Of a DNA stretch of 64,000 nt, positions 39,652 to 53,599 are shown one piece after another. The position numbers and the translations under genes were made by a program. Source of the stretch: an uncultured Planctomycetota bacterium (lineage in GTDB: Bacteria > Planctomycetota > Planctomycetia > Gemmatales > Gemmataceae); assembly GCA_963849325.1 (NCBI GenBank), contig CAWKHF010000001.1, positions 32,001 through 96,000 on the forward strand, in the 5' to 3' direction. Each line of letters opens with the position of its first letter. Position 1 is the first letter of the stretch. The notes under the pieces are model-generated. The model saw only the letters and a program-made list of their open reading frames with translations. It ran no database searches and was not told the DNA's origin.

Positions 39652-40679
39652 GATCGGTCCTTCGCGGATGAAACCCGCCGTTTGGCGATGGCGATGGCCT
39701 GCTCGTTCCCGTCCACGCTCGGCGGCCGGCCACCCTCGATCCGCCCACCCGGATACACCGGTCGGCCGTAAGCGGGATATGCTTCCATGCGGAGATGTGC
39801 CAGCATGTGATGACCGCGGCGCCTCTGTCGCTCGGCCCGCAGCGCGGCGAGATCAATGGGGCCGACGACGATCTTCTCTCCTGGTCCCGGATCGGCCTGG
39901 CTGAGGATGCGACCGTCGTAATCGACCACCATGCTGCCTCCAGGCCAGGTGAAGGGCGGGTAATGCTCCGCTCGCGCTCCCTGGTTGGACGCCACCACAT
40001 ACGCGAGGTTCTCCAGCGCTCGGCAGCGGTTGACCAGCGTCCACCAGTCCATCGGCGGCGTCGTCCCCCACGGGTCCATGTACGCCGATACGCGGACCAA
40101 CACCTCGGCCCCGCCAAGGGCAAGTTGACGGATCGCCTCCGGAAACAGCCAATCGTAGCAGGTCGCCGCGCCGAGACGACCGATCTCCGTCTCAGCCACC
40201 GGAAACAACGGCCCCTCGTAATCGGGCAGATCGTGCGGGCTGGTGTGGACCTCCCACGGCAGCCACGGATGGACCTTGCGGTAGCGCGTCAACAGTCCCT
40301 CCGGCCCGATCAGGCAGGTCGTGTTGAAGACGTGGCCGGGGTAGCGCTCGTCGCGTTCGAGGAAGCTGCCAGTCTGGATGAAGACGCCGTGCTCGCGAGC
40401 CTTGCGGTGGTAACGGTCGGTGTGCTCGTTGGGAATCGGCACCGCCAGGCGGTCGTGCAGTTCCTCGGCGGTGGGGTAGATCGGCGCGGCGTGGGCGAAC
40501 TCGGGGAAGACGACGAGGCGCACCGGCATGAACGGAGCGTAGCCGAGCACGGCCCGATCGATCATCGTCAACATGTGGTTGACGGCGGAAACGATGCCGT
40601 GACGATCGCGCGGATTGGGCAGGTCGGTCTGGCAGGCCGCGGCGGCGTAACGGATGTCGAGTGCCGGCAGGGACGACAT
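39648..40679 (-). CDS. Nitrilase-family carbon-nitrogen hydrolase
   Basis: VVFPEF, RYRKVH and ATCYDWLFPE supply the E-K-C catalytic triad. Confidence 0.9.
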   Translation of the reverse strand: MSSLPALDIRYAAAACQTDLPNPRDRHGIVSAVNHMLTMIDRAVLGYAPFMPVRLVVFPEFAHAAPIYPTAEELHDRLAVPIPNEHTDRYHRKAREHGVFIQTGSFLERDERYPGHVFNTTCLIGPEGLLTRYRKVHPWLPWEVHTSPHDLPDYEGPLFPVAETEIGRLGAATCYDWLFPEAIRQLALGGAEVLVRVSAYMDPWGTTPPMDWWTLVNRCRALENLAYVVASNQGARAEHYPPFTWPGGSMVVDYDGRILSQADPGPGEKIVVGPIDLAALRAERQRRRGHHMLAHLRMEAYPAYGRPVYPGGRIEGGRPPSVDGNEQAIAIAKRRVSSAKDRS

Positions 40680-40718
40680 GCCCACGTTCCCTTTTGCGTT
40701 AGAAGGGAGGGAAAAAAA

Positions 40719-40839
40719 AACCACGGATTACACGGATAACACGGATAAAAAAGACAAAGAATAATCAATTAAGTCAGTGTGATTGGCGATCCGTTTTCTT
40801 TCCTGTCTTTTATCCGTGTGATCCGTGTAATCCGTGGTT
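40719..40839. repeat. Inverted repeat family C (CCACGGAT..CACGGAT...ATCCGTG..ATCCGTGG)
   Basis: Arms flank an A/T-rich spacer; related copy at 48509-48592. Confidence 0.8.
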
Positions 40840-40859
40840 GATCTTTTTTCTCTCTACTC

Positions 40860-41472
40860 GTTGGTTATTCGTGTGTCGCGCCGTCGGCCTCCTTGGTGGC
40901 CGCGGCATTGGCGGACTTGAGCTTCTTGACCAGGGCCAGGGTCTTTTCGGGATCCTTCGCGCCGATTTCTCACAGCCCTTGCAGCACAGGAACACCGGCT
41001 GATTCTCGATCAGGATCTTGGCCGGCGCTCCCATCGAGCCGAGACGGCTCTCGGGATCGCCGGCGCAAAACTTCTGCTCTTGGGCCAGCCGGCGGTCGGC
41101 CGGATCGAGTTGCTCCAGCGCCGCCTGAATTTTCAATTCCTCGACGCGGGCCAGCGTCTTGTCGGGGTCTTTCAACGCCGCCTTTTCGCAGCCCTTGCAG
41201 CACAGCCATATCGCCTGGTCCTTCATCGTCACCTTGACCGGCTTGCCCATCGAGCCGAGGCGATTGTCCATCTCGACGGCGCAATACTTCTGCTCCTCGG
41301 CCGACTCGCGGTCGGCCGTATCCAGTTTGGCCAGAGACGCCTTGATGCGGGCTTCCTTGTCCTTCTCCTTGTCCGGCGTCTTGTCTCGCGGCGCGGCGGC
41401 GTTGTCGGCACAGCCGAGCACCAGCAGCGGCAGGATGAGGACCACAATCGCCCAGCGGCGGGATGCCTTCAT
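40860..41472 (-). CDS. Lipoprotein with two YHS/TRASH-like Cys motifs; 3' end frameshifted and approximate
   Basis: LVLGC lipobox; two copies of QKxC...RLGSMGxPxK...LCCKGCEK. Confidence 0.75.
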
Positions 41473-41610
41473 GAAAGTCGCTCCTTGAGGGACAGAGACG
41501 GGCGATCACTAGAATCACCGCATGGATACTAGCAGAGAAACGCCGAGTAGGTCCAACTTTTTCGGCGCATGTCCTATGCTTCCGAGGGAAGAGCAGCAGC
41601 GAGGGCCGCC

Positions 41611-42339
41611 ATGATCCAGGTCGAGAACCTCATGAAGTCGTTCCGGGACTTGCGGCGCGGCCTGGTGCATGCCGTCGATGGCGTCAGCTTCGAGGCACGG
41701 CCGGGCGAGGTATTCGGCCTGCTCGGCCCCAACGGCGCCGGCAAGACGACCACCATGCGCATCCTGTGTACCGTGCTGCGGCCAACGGGCGGATCGGCAC
41801 GGGTGGCCGGCTACGACGTGGCCACGCAGCCGGCCCTGGTGCGCCAGCACATCGGCTTTTTGTCGGCCAATACCGCCATCTACGACCGCATGTCCGCCCG
41901 CGAACTGGTCGAATACTTCGGCCGCCTTCACGGCATGGACGAAGAACAGCTCCGTCAGCGGCTGGAGACAGTCTTCACCGCGTCTGCACATGAACGACTT
42001 CCGCGACACGCTCGGGGCCAAGATGAGCACGGGCATGCGGCAAAAAGTGTCGATCGCCCGAGCCATCATCCACGATCCGCCGGTGCTGATCTTCGACGAG
42101 CCGACGGCGGGACTGGACGTGCTCGTCGCTCGCTCCGTCCTCGACACGATCCAGCAGCTGCGTGCGCTGGGCAAGTGCATCCTGTTCTCGACCCACATCA
42201 TGCGCGAGGTGGAGCGATTGTGCGACCGGGTGGCCATCGTCAGCCGGGGGCGCGTGCAGGCGTGCGGGACGCTGGCGGAGCTGCGCAGCGCCACGGACAG
42301 AACGACCTCGAAGAGTTGTTCTTCCAGCTGGTGTCGTGA
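41611..42339 (+). CDS. ABC transporter ATP-binding protein (NatA-like), frameshifted
   Basis: [31 protein letters not shown]. Confidence 0.88.
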   Translation: MIQVENLMKSFRDLRRGLVHAVDGVSFEARPGEVFGLLGPNGAGKTTTMRILCTVLRPTGGSARVAGYDVATQPALVRQHIGFLSANTAIYDRMSARELVEYFGRLHGMDEEQLRQRLETVFTASAHERLPRHARGQDEHGHAAKSVDRPSHHPRSAGADLRRADGGTGRARRSLRPRHDPAAACAGQVHPVLDPHHARGGAIVRPGGHRQPGARAGVRDAGGAAQRHGQNDLEELFFQLVS

Positions 42340-42352
42340 GGCGGAGTTGCCC

Positions 42353-42397
42353 AAGCCGCTTGCGGCTTAGCGGCGAACACGAAGCCGCAAGCGGCTT
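42353..42397. repeat. Palindromic hairpin between convergent genes
   Basis: AAGCCGCTTGCGGCTT...AAGCCGCAAGCGGCTT. Confidence 0.6.
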
Positions 42398-42412
42398 GTG
42401 GCACACCGACTC

Positions 42413-43086
42413 TTACAGGGCCTTCCTGCCGTTGAAGCCGCCCATGCCTTTGCCGGCGAAGCCGCCCATGCCCATGCCGCCCATCATCATGCCGCCCATG
42501 CCCATCATGCCGCCCATGCCGCCCATGCCCATCATGCTGCCCATCATGCCGCCCATCATGGACATTCCGCCCATCATCATTCCCATCATCCCGCCCCTCA
42601 TTCCCATCATGCCCATGCCGCCCATGCCCATCATGGACATGCCGCCCATCATGGACATGCCGCCCATCATCATACCGCCCATCATGGACATGCCGCCCAT
42701 CATCATACCGCCCATCATGGACATGCCGCCCATGCCCATCATGCCGCCCATCATGCCCATGCCGCCGCCCATCATGCCCATGCCGCCCATCATGCCGCCG
42801 CGCATGCCCATCATGCCGCCGCCCATCATGCCCATCATGCCGCCGCCCATCATGCCCATGCCGCCGCCCATCATACTCCCGAGTCCGCCCATGCCGCCGC
42901 CGATGCCGCCGCTGGCGAAGCCGCCCGTCGAGTCGCTCATGGCGTTATTCATCGGCGGCATCATCGGAATCGGAGGCATGGTGCCGCGGAACTGGGCCTC
43001 CAACAGGTTTGGGCGGAGAAGCAGAGAAAGGACAAGGACTAGACGAGAATGTAACCGACCTTCGCAGCCCGAGCGAGTGAGAACAT
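42413..43086 (-). CDS. Secreted Gly/Met-rich low-complexity protein, copy 1 (5' frameshift)
   Basis: AQFRGTMPPIPMMPPMNNAM, long GGMM repeats, C-terminus GGFAGKGMGGFNGRKAL. Confidence 0.7.
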
Positions 43087-43476
43087 GACGACCCTCCAAA
43101 CTGGATCCCCGATAAGTCCAGGACGGCAGGCGTTTCCTCCTCTGGACCCGGCACCGAAGGAAGCTCCCCGGCAGGAGTCGTCACTCCACTACCTTTTGGC
43201 GCATGTTGAGAGACGAACTGCTCCTACGGATAATTGTCGTTTTCGTCAAGCCCCAAGTCAAGGGAATCTGAAAAAAAAAATGTCGCCCACGCCGTACCTT
43301 CCAAGATCGCGGACGCGGTACGCTCGGCAGGAGCGAGGGTAGCGCCGGTCGAACGACATTTAGAATGCCTTGGCTCCGCTGACCAAGTTGATAATGAGGC
43401 GAACGATTAAAAGCACGAGGTCCGTGATATGGAAGATCGCGGACCCGGTCGTCTCGATGCGGAGAGGAGACGGGTT

Positions 43477-44137
<661 letters not shown>

Positions 44138-44472
44138 GACGACTCCTGGTGGATTGCCTGGAAAGACCGGGACGCCGAACGGCTCCTCAAGCGGCACTCG
44201 AATGTCGTCTTTGCCTTCCCCTGGCAGAGGCCGCCACTCCGATGGAGATGAAGAGACAAGCTGACATTAGCTTAAGTTCCGATTGTCGAGACGCCCCCGG
44301 AGCGGTCGTCAAGCGATTATTCCGGAAAAAAGTTCGTTTTTCTCCAAGAAATTCTTGCCGAGGCGAGTCGTCGCCCCGGGTGCCTCTTGGCAAGAGGCTC
44401 GCTTGCCGGACGCCGGGGCCTCGCTATACTAGCATTTTCCGTCAGGACGCCGGAGAGGACGGGAGAACGATC

Positions 44473-44736
44473 ATGGGCATGCAATGCGACGTGTGCGGCA
44501 AGAAGCCGGTGCTGGGCAATCAGTACGCCCATCGCGGCAAGGCCAAGTACCTGGGCGGCGTCGGCCGCAAGGTCACGGGCATCAGCCGCCGCGCCTTCAA
44601 GCCGAACCTGCAGAGCATCCAGTGCCAGGTCGGCGGCTCGGTGAAGCGCATGCGCGTCTGCGTGCAGTGCATCCGCAGCGGCCGCATCCAGCGGCCGCAG
44701 AGACGCCGGCCGTTCCAGATGCCGACCCACCTGTAA
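44473..44736 (+). CDS. rpmB: 50S ribosomal protein L28
   Basis: CDVCGK..GN...SRRAFKPNLQ...RVCVQCIRSG. Confidence 0.95.
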   Translation: MGMQCDVCGKKPVLGNQYAHRGKAKYLGGVGRKVTGISRRAFKPNLQSIQCQVGGSVKRMRVCVQCIRSGRIQRPQRRRPFQMPTHL

Positions 44737-44755
44737 GTCTGCCGCGAGGTCCGCC

Positions 44756-45045
44756 ATGTCGCTGACGGCCGCAGGAAGTTCGCTGGGTCGCCCACCTGGC
44801 CCGCCTGCAGTTGACCGACGCCGAGCTGGAGACGATGACCCGCCAGCTCAGCGCCATCGTCGACTACGTCGATCAGCTGCAGCAGGTCAACACCGACGGC
44901 GTCGAGCCGATGGCGCACGCGCTGGCGGTGCAGAACGTCTTCCGCGACGACGAGCCGGCGCCCTCGCTGCCGGTCGCCGACGCCCTGGCCAACGCCTCCG
45001 CAGCGCCGCGGCGATTTCTACGGCGTGCCCGCCGTGCTGGACTAA
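44756..45045 (+). CDS. gatC: Asp/Glu-tRNA amidotransferase subunit C (frameshifted)
   Basis: QLSAIVDYVDQLQQVNTDGVEPMAH..NVFRDD; precedes gatA. Confidence 0.9.
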
Positions 45046-45072
45046 CGCCAAACGTGCCGGGATTGCAGCCCC

Positions 45073-46560
45073 ATGATCGAACGCACCGCCTCCGAGTTGT
45101 CCGTCCTCCTCTCGCGACGGCGAGATCACCGCCGAGGCGCTGACCGAGCAGTTCCTGCAAGCCATCCGCCAGCGCGATCCGCAGGTGCGCGCCTTCCTGC
45201 ACGTCGATGAGGCCGGCGCCCTGCGAGCAGGCGCGCGACGTCGATGCGCGCCGGCGGCGCGGCGAGCCGCTCGGTCCGCTCGCCGGCCTGCCGGTCGCGA
45301 TCAAGGACGTGCTCTGCACGCGCGGCCAGCCGACCACCTGCGGCAGCAAGATGCTGCAAAACTATCGGCCGCCCTACGACGCCCACGTCATCGCGCCGGC
45401 TGCGCCAGGCCGACGCCGTGCTGATCGGCAAGACCAACCTGGACGAGTTCGCGATGGGCTCGTCCACGGAGAACAGCGCCTATCAGGTCACGCGCAATCC
45501 GTGGGACCTGGAGCGCATCCCCGGCGGCTCCAGCGGCGGCTCGGCCGCCGCCGTCGCCGCCTGCGAGGCGCCGCTGGCGCTGGGCACCGACACCGGCGGC
45601 TCGATCCGCCAGCCGGCCGGCCTGTGCGGCGTCGTCGGCCTCAAGCCGTCCTACGGCCGCGTGTCGCGCTTCGGCCTCGTCGCCTTCGCCAGCTCGCTCG
45701 ACCAGGTCGGCCCGTTCGCCCACGACGTCGCCGACGCCGCCCTGCTGCTCGAAGCGATCGCCGGCCACGATCCGCCGCGACAGCACCAGCGTCGATCGGC
45801 CGGTCCCGGCCTACACGCGAGAGCGCTCGAGCAGCCGGTCGCGCCGCTGACCATCGGCGTGGCCCGCGAGTATTTCGACGAGGGACTCGACGCCGAGGTC
45901 GAGCAGGCCGTGCGCGCGGCGCTGAAGGTCTACGAGAGCTGGGCGCGAAGGTCGAGGACGTGTCGCTGCCGCACAGCCCGTACGCGGTGGCCACCTATTA
46001 CCTGGTGGCGACGGCCGAGGCGTCGAGCAACCTGGCCCGCTACGACGGCGTCCACTACGGCCATCGCTCGACCGACCACGCCGACCTGATCGACATGTAT
46101 TGCCGCATCGCGCGGCGAGGGCTTCGGCGCCGAGGTCAAGCGCCGCATCATGCTCGGCACCTACGCCCTGTCCAGCGGCTACAAGGACGCCTATTATCTC
46201 AAGGCGCTGAAGGTCCGCCGGCTGATCCGCGACGACTTCGACCAGGCGTTCGCCGCTGCGACGTGGTGATGGGCCCGACCTCGCCGACGCCGGCGTTCAA
46301 GATCGGCGAGCGAAGCAGCCGACCCGCTGGCGATGTACCTGGCCGACATCTACACCATCAGCGCCAACCTGGCCGGCCTGCCCGGCATCAGCATCCCGTG
46401 CGGCTTCACGAAGGCGGGCCTGCCGATCGGCCTGCAAATCCTGGCCGCGCCCGTTCGAGGAGGAGAAGCTGCTGCGCATCGCCCGCATGCACGAACGCGC
46501 CACCGACTGGCACACGCGCCGGCCGAAGGTCCCCGATCTTTCGCTCACGGGATTGGCTGA
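45073..46560 (+). CDS. gatA: Asp/Glu-tRNA amidotransferase subunit A (multiple frameshifts; end approximate)
   Basis: [66 protein letters not shown]. Confidence 0.95.
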
Positions 46561-46796
46561 GTCTCCTCCGTCTCAACCTTGACGATGTGTCGCAAGTCAA
46601 TGTGAACAGTTCGCTCAATCAGCGGTTTCTCCATGTCGCCCTGGTCGGGCAGCGGCACGACGAGCATTGCCATCCCCGTGCCAACCCAGATCAACTCCTG
46701 TCTGCGGATGTCATGCACCGTCCCGTCGCTCACGTACAGCCGCAGAGGCACGAACGGCTTCTGCCCTACCAGCTTCTGCAAATCGGCCGACGTCAT
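46545..46796 (-). CDS. Small hypothetical protein
   Basis: [27 protein letters not shown]...[11 protein letters not shown]. Confidence 0.6.
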   Translation of the reverse strand: MTSADLQKLVGQKPFVPLRLYVSDGTVHDIRRQELIWVGTGMAMLVVPLPDQGDMEKPLIERTVHIDLRHIVKVETEETQPIP

Positions 46797-46928
46797 GTGT
46801 ACCTCCAAGCTCCGGCTGCCTTTACGACTATTTTATCGACCCTTTCCCTTGCTGTCATCGTCCGGAACGATATAGTCAACAGGTTGTCACAGAGAGGTCA
46901 TTCACGTTCTCGGGAAAGGACGGCGAGC

Positions 46929-48099
46929 GTGGGGTACAAGCAAACGGCCCAGCATCGTTTCGGCAAGTCGTCGTATCATCAGATCGGCCTGGTCCGCGGC
47001 CAGTTCGGCAACGTGCCGATGGATCAGTGGATCAAGTTCCTGCAAGACACCGGCTTCGACGGCTGGGAGGAAGCGAGCTGGGAGCTGGACCTGAACCGCT
47101 GCGCCACCGACGCCGGCGCCGAGGCGTATGCCAAGGAGCGCGTCGAACTGGCCAAGAAGCACGGCCTGGAAATCTTCACCGTCGCCTCCCACCTGCAGGG
47201 CCAGGCCCTCGGCGACGAGCCCAGCGCCAAGACGCTGCAATTCGTCAAGGGCGAGCCGATCGAGGCGTACAAGGCCTGGCGCGCCAAGGGCAACAAGCCG
47301 CCGCGCACCAACCCCTATTTCGTGCCCGACGACGTCGGCAAGCTCATCCACGCAGGCGGCCACGCGCGATCTGCTGGCCATCGTCCGCCTGGCCCACTAT
47401 CTCGGCAAGCTGCAAGATCGCAAGGTCGCCGTGCCCGGCTTCGTCGGCTCGCCGGCCCACTGCTGGAGCCATTTCTTCCTCTTCCCGCCCTTGCCGGCCG
47501 ACATCGGCGGCCACGCCATCCCCGACGTGCGCGACGTCAGCCTGGAACTGCTCGTCGAGCGCTTCGGCCCGGTGCTCGACGCCTGCAAGAAGTACGGCGT
47601 GACGTTCGACCTCGAATGCCATCCCAGCGAGCGGGCGATGGGCGACCTCGAATCGGCCAACGACTACCTCAAGGCGATGGACAAGGCGGGCTACGGCAGC
47701 GTCGTCGGCTTCAACCTCGACGGCTCGCACATGGAATGGCAGGGCGTGTCGGTGGTCCAGTTCATCCGCGAGTTCGGCGAGCGCATCCACTGTGCCCACG
47801 TCAAGGGCGTGCAGGTGATCCGCGAGCACTGCCGCGGCGGCCGGCTCGGCGGTCATCGGCCGATGGGCCACTGGACCAACGGCTGGAACTTCGTCACCGC
47901 CGGCACCGCCCGCGACGCCAACAGCCTCGAAGAGATCTTCATCGAGCTGAACCGCGTCGGCTTCGACGGCGCCGTGAGCATCGAGTGGGAGGACAACGAC
48001 GCCGAGCAGCACGCCGGCGCGCAGACGGCCCTGGCCAACTGTCACAAGGCCGACAACCCGCCCAGCGGCATGCGCCACGATGAGATGCTCAAGGCGTGA
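46929..48099 (+). CDS. Sugar phosphate isomerase/epimerase (xylose-isomerase-like TIM barrel), frameshifted
   Basis: GFDGWE, FDLECHP, FNLDGSH, HCAHVK, SIEWED. Confidence 0.85.
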
Positions 48100-48115
48100 G
48101 GTTGGCCGTTCGCGT

Positions 48116-48343
48116 TCACTGGGCGGGTGTATCGGCCCCCGCCGGGGCCGGAGGCGGAGGCGTCGGACCTGTCCGAGCGAGAGGGTTGTAGCGGGCGGTA
48201 TTCGGCCGACCCTCGACGGCCGGTTTGCTCACCAGCAACGGGTCGGGAGGCTCTTTGTGCTGCACCGCCGACTTGTGGCAGCCGAGTAGGGTGCCGCCCA
48301 GAAGCAGGGTGATCCAACCGATGCGCCGCAAGTTCGGCCCCAT
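48116..48343 (-). CDS. Small lipoprotein
   Basis: MGPNLRRIGWITLLLGGTLLGC lipoprotein signal. Confidence 0.55.
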   Translation of the reverse strand: MGPNLRRIGWITLLLGGTLLGCHKSAVQHKEPPDPLLVSKPAVEGRPNTARYNPLARTGPTPPPPAPAGADTPAQ

Positions 48344-48508
48344 GTCCGGCCTCGTCTTCGCTGAGGTCCACCGAGGAATGGTCTGTCCATGCAACTCTAC
48401 CCGGTCGTTTCTTCTTCGGTGGAGGGCGGCGCGGTTCTTGAAAAGAAAGGGAGTGCGGAAGAAAGGCCGACTTGATTCCGCCGGCAAAGACGGCAAAGCA
48501 GAAAACAA

Positions 48509-48592
48509 TTAACCACGGATGAACACAGATGAACACGGATAAAAAAGACAATTAATTTTTATCCGTGTTCATCGTGTTCATCCGTGGTTAAT
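48509..48592. repeat. Inverted repeat family C, copy 2
   Basis: AACCACGGATGAACAC...GTGTTCATCCGTGGTT. Confidence 0.8.
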
Positions 48593-48599
48593 TGTTTTT

Positions 48600-50182
48600 C
48601 TAATTGTGCCGATAGTTCATGTCTTCACAGAGGCGTTCGAGCGCCTCGCGGGCGTGGTGGGCCACGTCGCCGTCCTCGGCGTCGGCCAGGCGGTCGAGGT
48701 CGGGCCACAGCAGGGTCAGGTTCTCGCCGGCGACGGTCTGAATCGTGTCGTGGACGCGCTGCGGATCTTCGCTGGTCAAGGTCTGGCGGAACCACTGCAG
48801 CGCCTGCCGTTCGCCGAGGCGGGCCAGGGCGGCGCGGGCGGCCTGCCGCACGTCGGGGTTGGGATCGCGGCGCGCGTCCTGGAGCGTCAGCAGCACCTCG
48901 TGGCGCTGCAGCGGCTCCCACCAGCCCAGGCTGCCGACGGCGCTGAGGCGGATGGTCGGATCCCAGTCGCGGGCAGCCAGGAGCAGGAACGCCTCCGTCT
49001 GCGGCGAGGGATGGCCGCGCAGGGTGCGCAGGATGGCCCGATAGGGCAGGTCGGACGGGATCGACGGGCGGCGCGGCGACGCGGCGCGGCGGCGGCGCTG
49101 GGCGCGGCGGACCATCGGCACGCGCTCGAGCACCCAGTCGCGCAGCAGCGGGGCGATGCGCGGATGGGACGACCAGGTAAGCACTTCCAGGGCCAACTCG
49201 GCGTGCGGATAGTGCGGCGTCGGCCAGCAGCGGCAGCACCGCCTCGCCCGCCTCGGCTCGCAGGTCGATCAGGGCCAGCAGCAGGTCGCGCTGCTCCTCG
49301 CTGGACGCATCCGGCAGACGCTGACACAGCAAGGACGGGCGCTTCGTGCAGGAAGTCGGTCAGGGCCGGCTCCAGCGCGGTCAGGCGCGACATCTGCCAG
49401 CCGAACGCCTCCTGCTCGGACGCCTCGCCGGACAGCATCGTCTCGGCGTGCGGCGCCCGCCGCAGCAGGCGCAGCGCTTCGACGTAGACGCGCACGGCCA
49501 GCGGATCGATCCGTTCCGTCGCGGTTGTCCCACAGCGTCTCGATCAGCTCGCCGACGCGCGCCTCGGCGACGACGTTGGGCGGCACGCCGAAGCGCAGCC
49601 CCTCCAGGGCGCGGTGGAAGACGCGCAGGGCGGAGCGGCCCAGCGGCGTCTCGAACTGGCGCAGGTAGCCGGAGAAGCCGAGGAAGCAGATCGTCTCGGC
49701 GGCGAAGAACTGGCCCAGCGGCGGATCGCCGGCCGCCTCGGCGCAGCGCAGCAGGTGCGGCAGGCTCTGCGCGCGGTTGAGCGTGCGCAGGCCGTTGGCC
49801 AGGTCGATCCAGTACCACGCCTGTTCGATCTGGTCGTCGGTCAGGCGGCGGTGCAGCTGGCGTTCGAGGATGCGGCCGGCGTCGTCGGTGCCCAGCTCGG
49901 CCAGGGCGCGGACCTGGACGACGTACTGCATGCCGGCGCGCAGGCTGGCCTCGACGGCCGCCACCTCGCCGCGCTCCAGCAGATCGCGGAAGCGCGCCTT
50001 GGCCGATTCGACCGCCGACTCGCTGAGTTGGCCGCCCTGGAACAGGTCGATGTGCTGGCGGCTGATCGGCGACAGCTCGTCGCGCAGGCTGCTGCTGGCG
50101 GTGCCGGCGCACCAGCAAGCAGCGCCGCCGCCAGCAGCAGAGGCAGCAACACGATCAGGATCATCACGGCGTGCATGTGCAT
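48600..50182 (-). CDS. HEAT-repeat membrane protein (frameshifted)
   Basis: N-terminal TM; DWDPTIRLSAVGSLG, DPNPDVRQAARAALARLG, DAEDGDVAHHAREALE. Confidence 0.75.
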
Positions 50183-50203
50183 CCGCATCCCATGGCCGGC
50201 GAG

Positions 50204-50250
50204 CCGGGGCGTCAGCCCCCTGTTGGAAGCAACAGGGGGCTGACGCCCCC
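50204..50250. repeat. Palindromic REP-like hairpin
   Basis: GGGGCGTCAGCCCCCTGTTG...CAACAGGGGGCTGACGCCCC. Confidence 0.7.
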
Positions 50251-50265
50251 CGCTCGCCGGATTCC

Positions 50266-51558
<1,293 letters not shown>

Positions 51559-51562
<4 letters not shown>

Positions 51563-52574
51563 GATGGATCTCTCAGGGTGCGGAGGATCGTGCCATCCAG
51601 GCCCCGCGAACCGAAGTCCGCGGGCACGAGCTGGAAGGACACGCCGCGCGGCGGCTCCTGCACCAGCTCGAAGTCCTTTGGTAATTGTAGCTGAACCGGC
51701 TCGTGATATCTGCCCGCCGGGAAACGTCCGCGCGTCAAATCGACGAAGGCGTACACCTTCGGCAGCTCCTCGCGCGCCGGCCCCTGGACGCGCAGGCTGA
51801 TGCGTCCGGCGCGTTCGTCGAAGAACTTGCGGCCGCAGCGGGAAGTCCACCGGACAGAGAAAGTGGACCGGCACCTCCGGCAACTCGTAGACCTTCCGCG
51901 CCTGCGCCGGCAGCCGCACGGTGACGCGGTTGGGCACCACCTGCACGGGCCGGCCTTCCAGTTCCTGCACCAGCGGCACGCGGACGGCAGCGCGCGGCCA
52001 GGGCGCGACCGCGATCGGCAGTTCCGACGGCTGCGTGGAGATCGACGCGGGCGCGGTCGAGCACTTCCTGCGGCCCGCGCACCAGCACCGTCGCCGGCTC
52101 GATGACCACCGGCCCGACCGGCTCGTCGCTGACCGAGTCGAAGCGCACCGGCAGACGCCGCTCGACCAGCCGATGCAGCGTCAACGAGATGCGATTGCGG
52201 CCCTCGACCATCATCGCCGTGACGCCCGGCGGCGTGTGGATGTCGGAGCTCTCGACGAGGATCGAATCGGTGTAGCGAGCCTTCGTGCAGATGCTCGGCC
52301 GGCACGGTGAACGTGAGCGGCGACCTGCAGTTCGTTGTGCTGGAGCATGCCCTGCAGTTCGCGGATGCGCAGGGGCGAGCCGGTGAACGAGACCATGACG
52401 TGATTGGGGCCGCTCAGTTCCAGGCTGTAGTGTTCGGCCTGCTCGGGGGCCAGGCGTCACCTGCACCGGGACGGGCACGTTGTCGAGGATTTCCTGATCG
52501 CGGCTGCGGGCGTACAGCCAGACCAGGAGCGCCAGGCTCAGGGCGACGAGCAGGGAGAGCATGCGATCGATCAT
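51559..52574 (-). CDS. CdaR/YbbR-like domain protein (frameshifted)
   Basis: [34 protein letters not shown]bbR-like repeats; follows cdaA. Confidence 0.7.
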
Positions 52575-52589
52575 CGGCACCCGCTTCCT

Positions 52590-53491
52590 TCATCTTATCT
52601 CACCACTTATCCCCGAATCGCAGAGCAGAGGAGGCAACATGCGGTTCAAGCGGCGGAGCGTTGCTCGTCGGACTTGCGGCGCTGTCGCCGGCGGCTCTCG
52701 CCGTTGTCGCGGCTGCTCAGCAGGGCGGCCAGGCGGCGCGACAGGTTTTCGCGCGGCACCGGCTTCGAGCCGGCCGCCGACGGCCAGCGAGATGCGGCCC
52801 GTCTCCTCGCTGACCACCAGCAGCACGGCGTCGGTCTCCTCGCTCATGCACAGGGCGGAGCGATGGCGCATGCCCATGTGCATGCTGGCGCCTTCGGGCG
52901 GCTGGCCCAGCGGCAGCTGGCAGGCCGCCGCGGCGATGCCGGCCGCCGCACAGGATCACCGCGCCGTCGTGCAGCGGGCTGCGCTTGCAGAAAATCGCCC
53001 GCAACAGAGTTGGCCGACACCTCGCCGTCGATCCGCTCGCCCGTCTCGACGTACATGGCCAGGGCCATCTCGCGCTCGATGGCGATCAGGGCGCCGACGC
53101 ACTCGCGCGACATCGCCTCGGCGGCGTCGGCCAGCTGGTCGGCGACCGGCTGCTGCGGCGTGTGGACGAAGTAACGCAAGATGCGATAGCGGCCCAGCAC
53201 CATCAGGCCGCGGCGCAGCTCCGGCTGGAAGATGACCAGCAGCCCCAGCAGGACCGTGGTCAGCAGGTAGTCGAGGACGCGGCCGAGCACGGTCAGGTCG
53301 AAGCTGGCGATGACGACCTGGGCGACGAGGAACAGGCCGACGACGACCAGGCCCAGGCCGCGCACAATGCCGGCCCCGCGCGTCTTGCCGAGCAGACGCA
53401 GAATCAAGTAGATGGCCACGGCGAGGATGGCGATCTCCACGCCGTCGCGCGTGCCCACCGATTCATAGAGCTGGGCCAGGCGTTCTCTCAA
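52590..53491 (-). CDS. cdaA: Diadenylate cyclase CdaA (frameshifted)
   Basis: Three TM helices, VIFQPELRRGL, GALIAIER, SPLHDGAVI, GMRHRSA, VVSEETG. Confidence 0.9.
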
Positions 53492-53515
53492 TGATCCGCC
53501 TCCGGACCAAACTCT

Positions 53516-53565
53516 TCCGAGCCTGAAGCGTAAGGTCGTTTCTTCGCTTACGCTTCAGGCTCGGA
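53516..53565. repeat. REP-like palindrome family A, copy 2
   Basis: TCCGAGCCTGAAGCGTAAG...CTTACGCTTCAGGCTCGGA. Confidence 0.85.
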
Positions 53566-53599
53566 TCAATCCCGTTTATCCGCTCGTACGGAACATTCA

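Noticed and set aside
45207-48083. 958-aa ORF
   Set aside because: Artefact of high GC and indels, joining pieces of gatA and the epimerase gene
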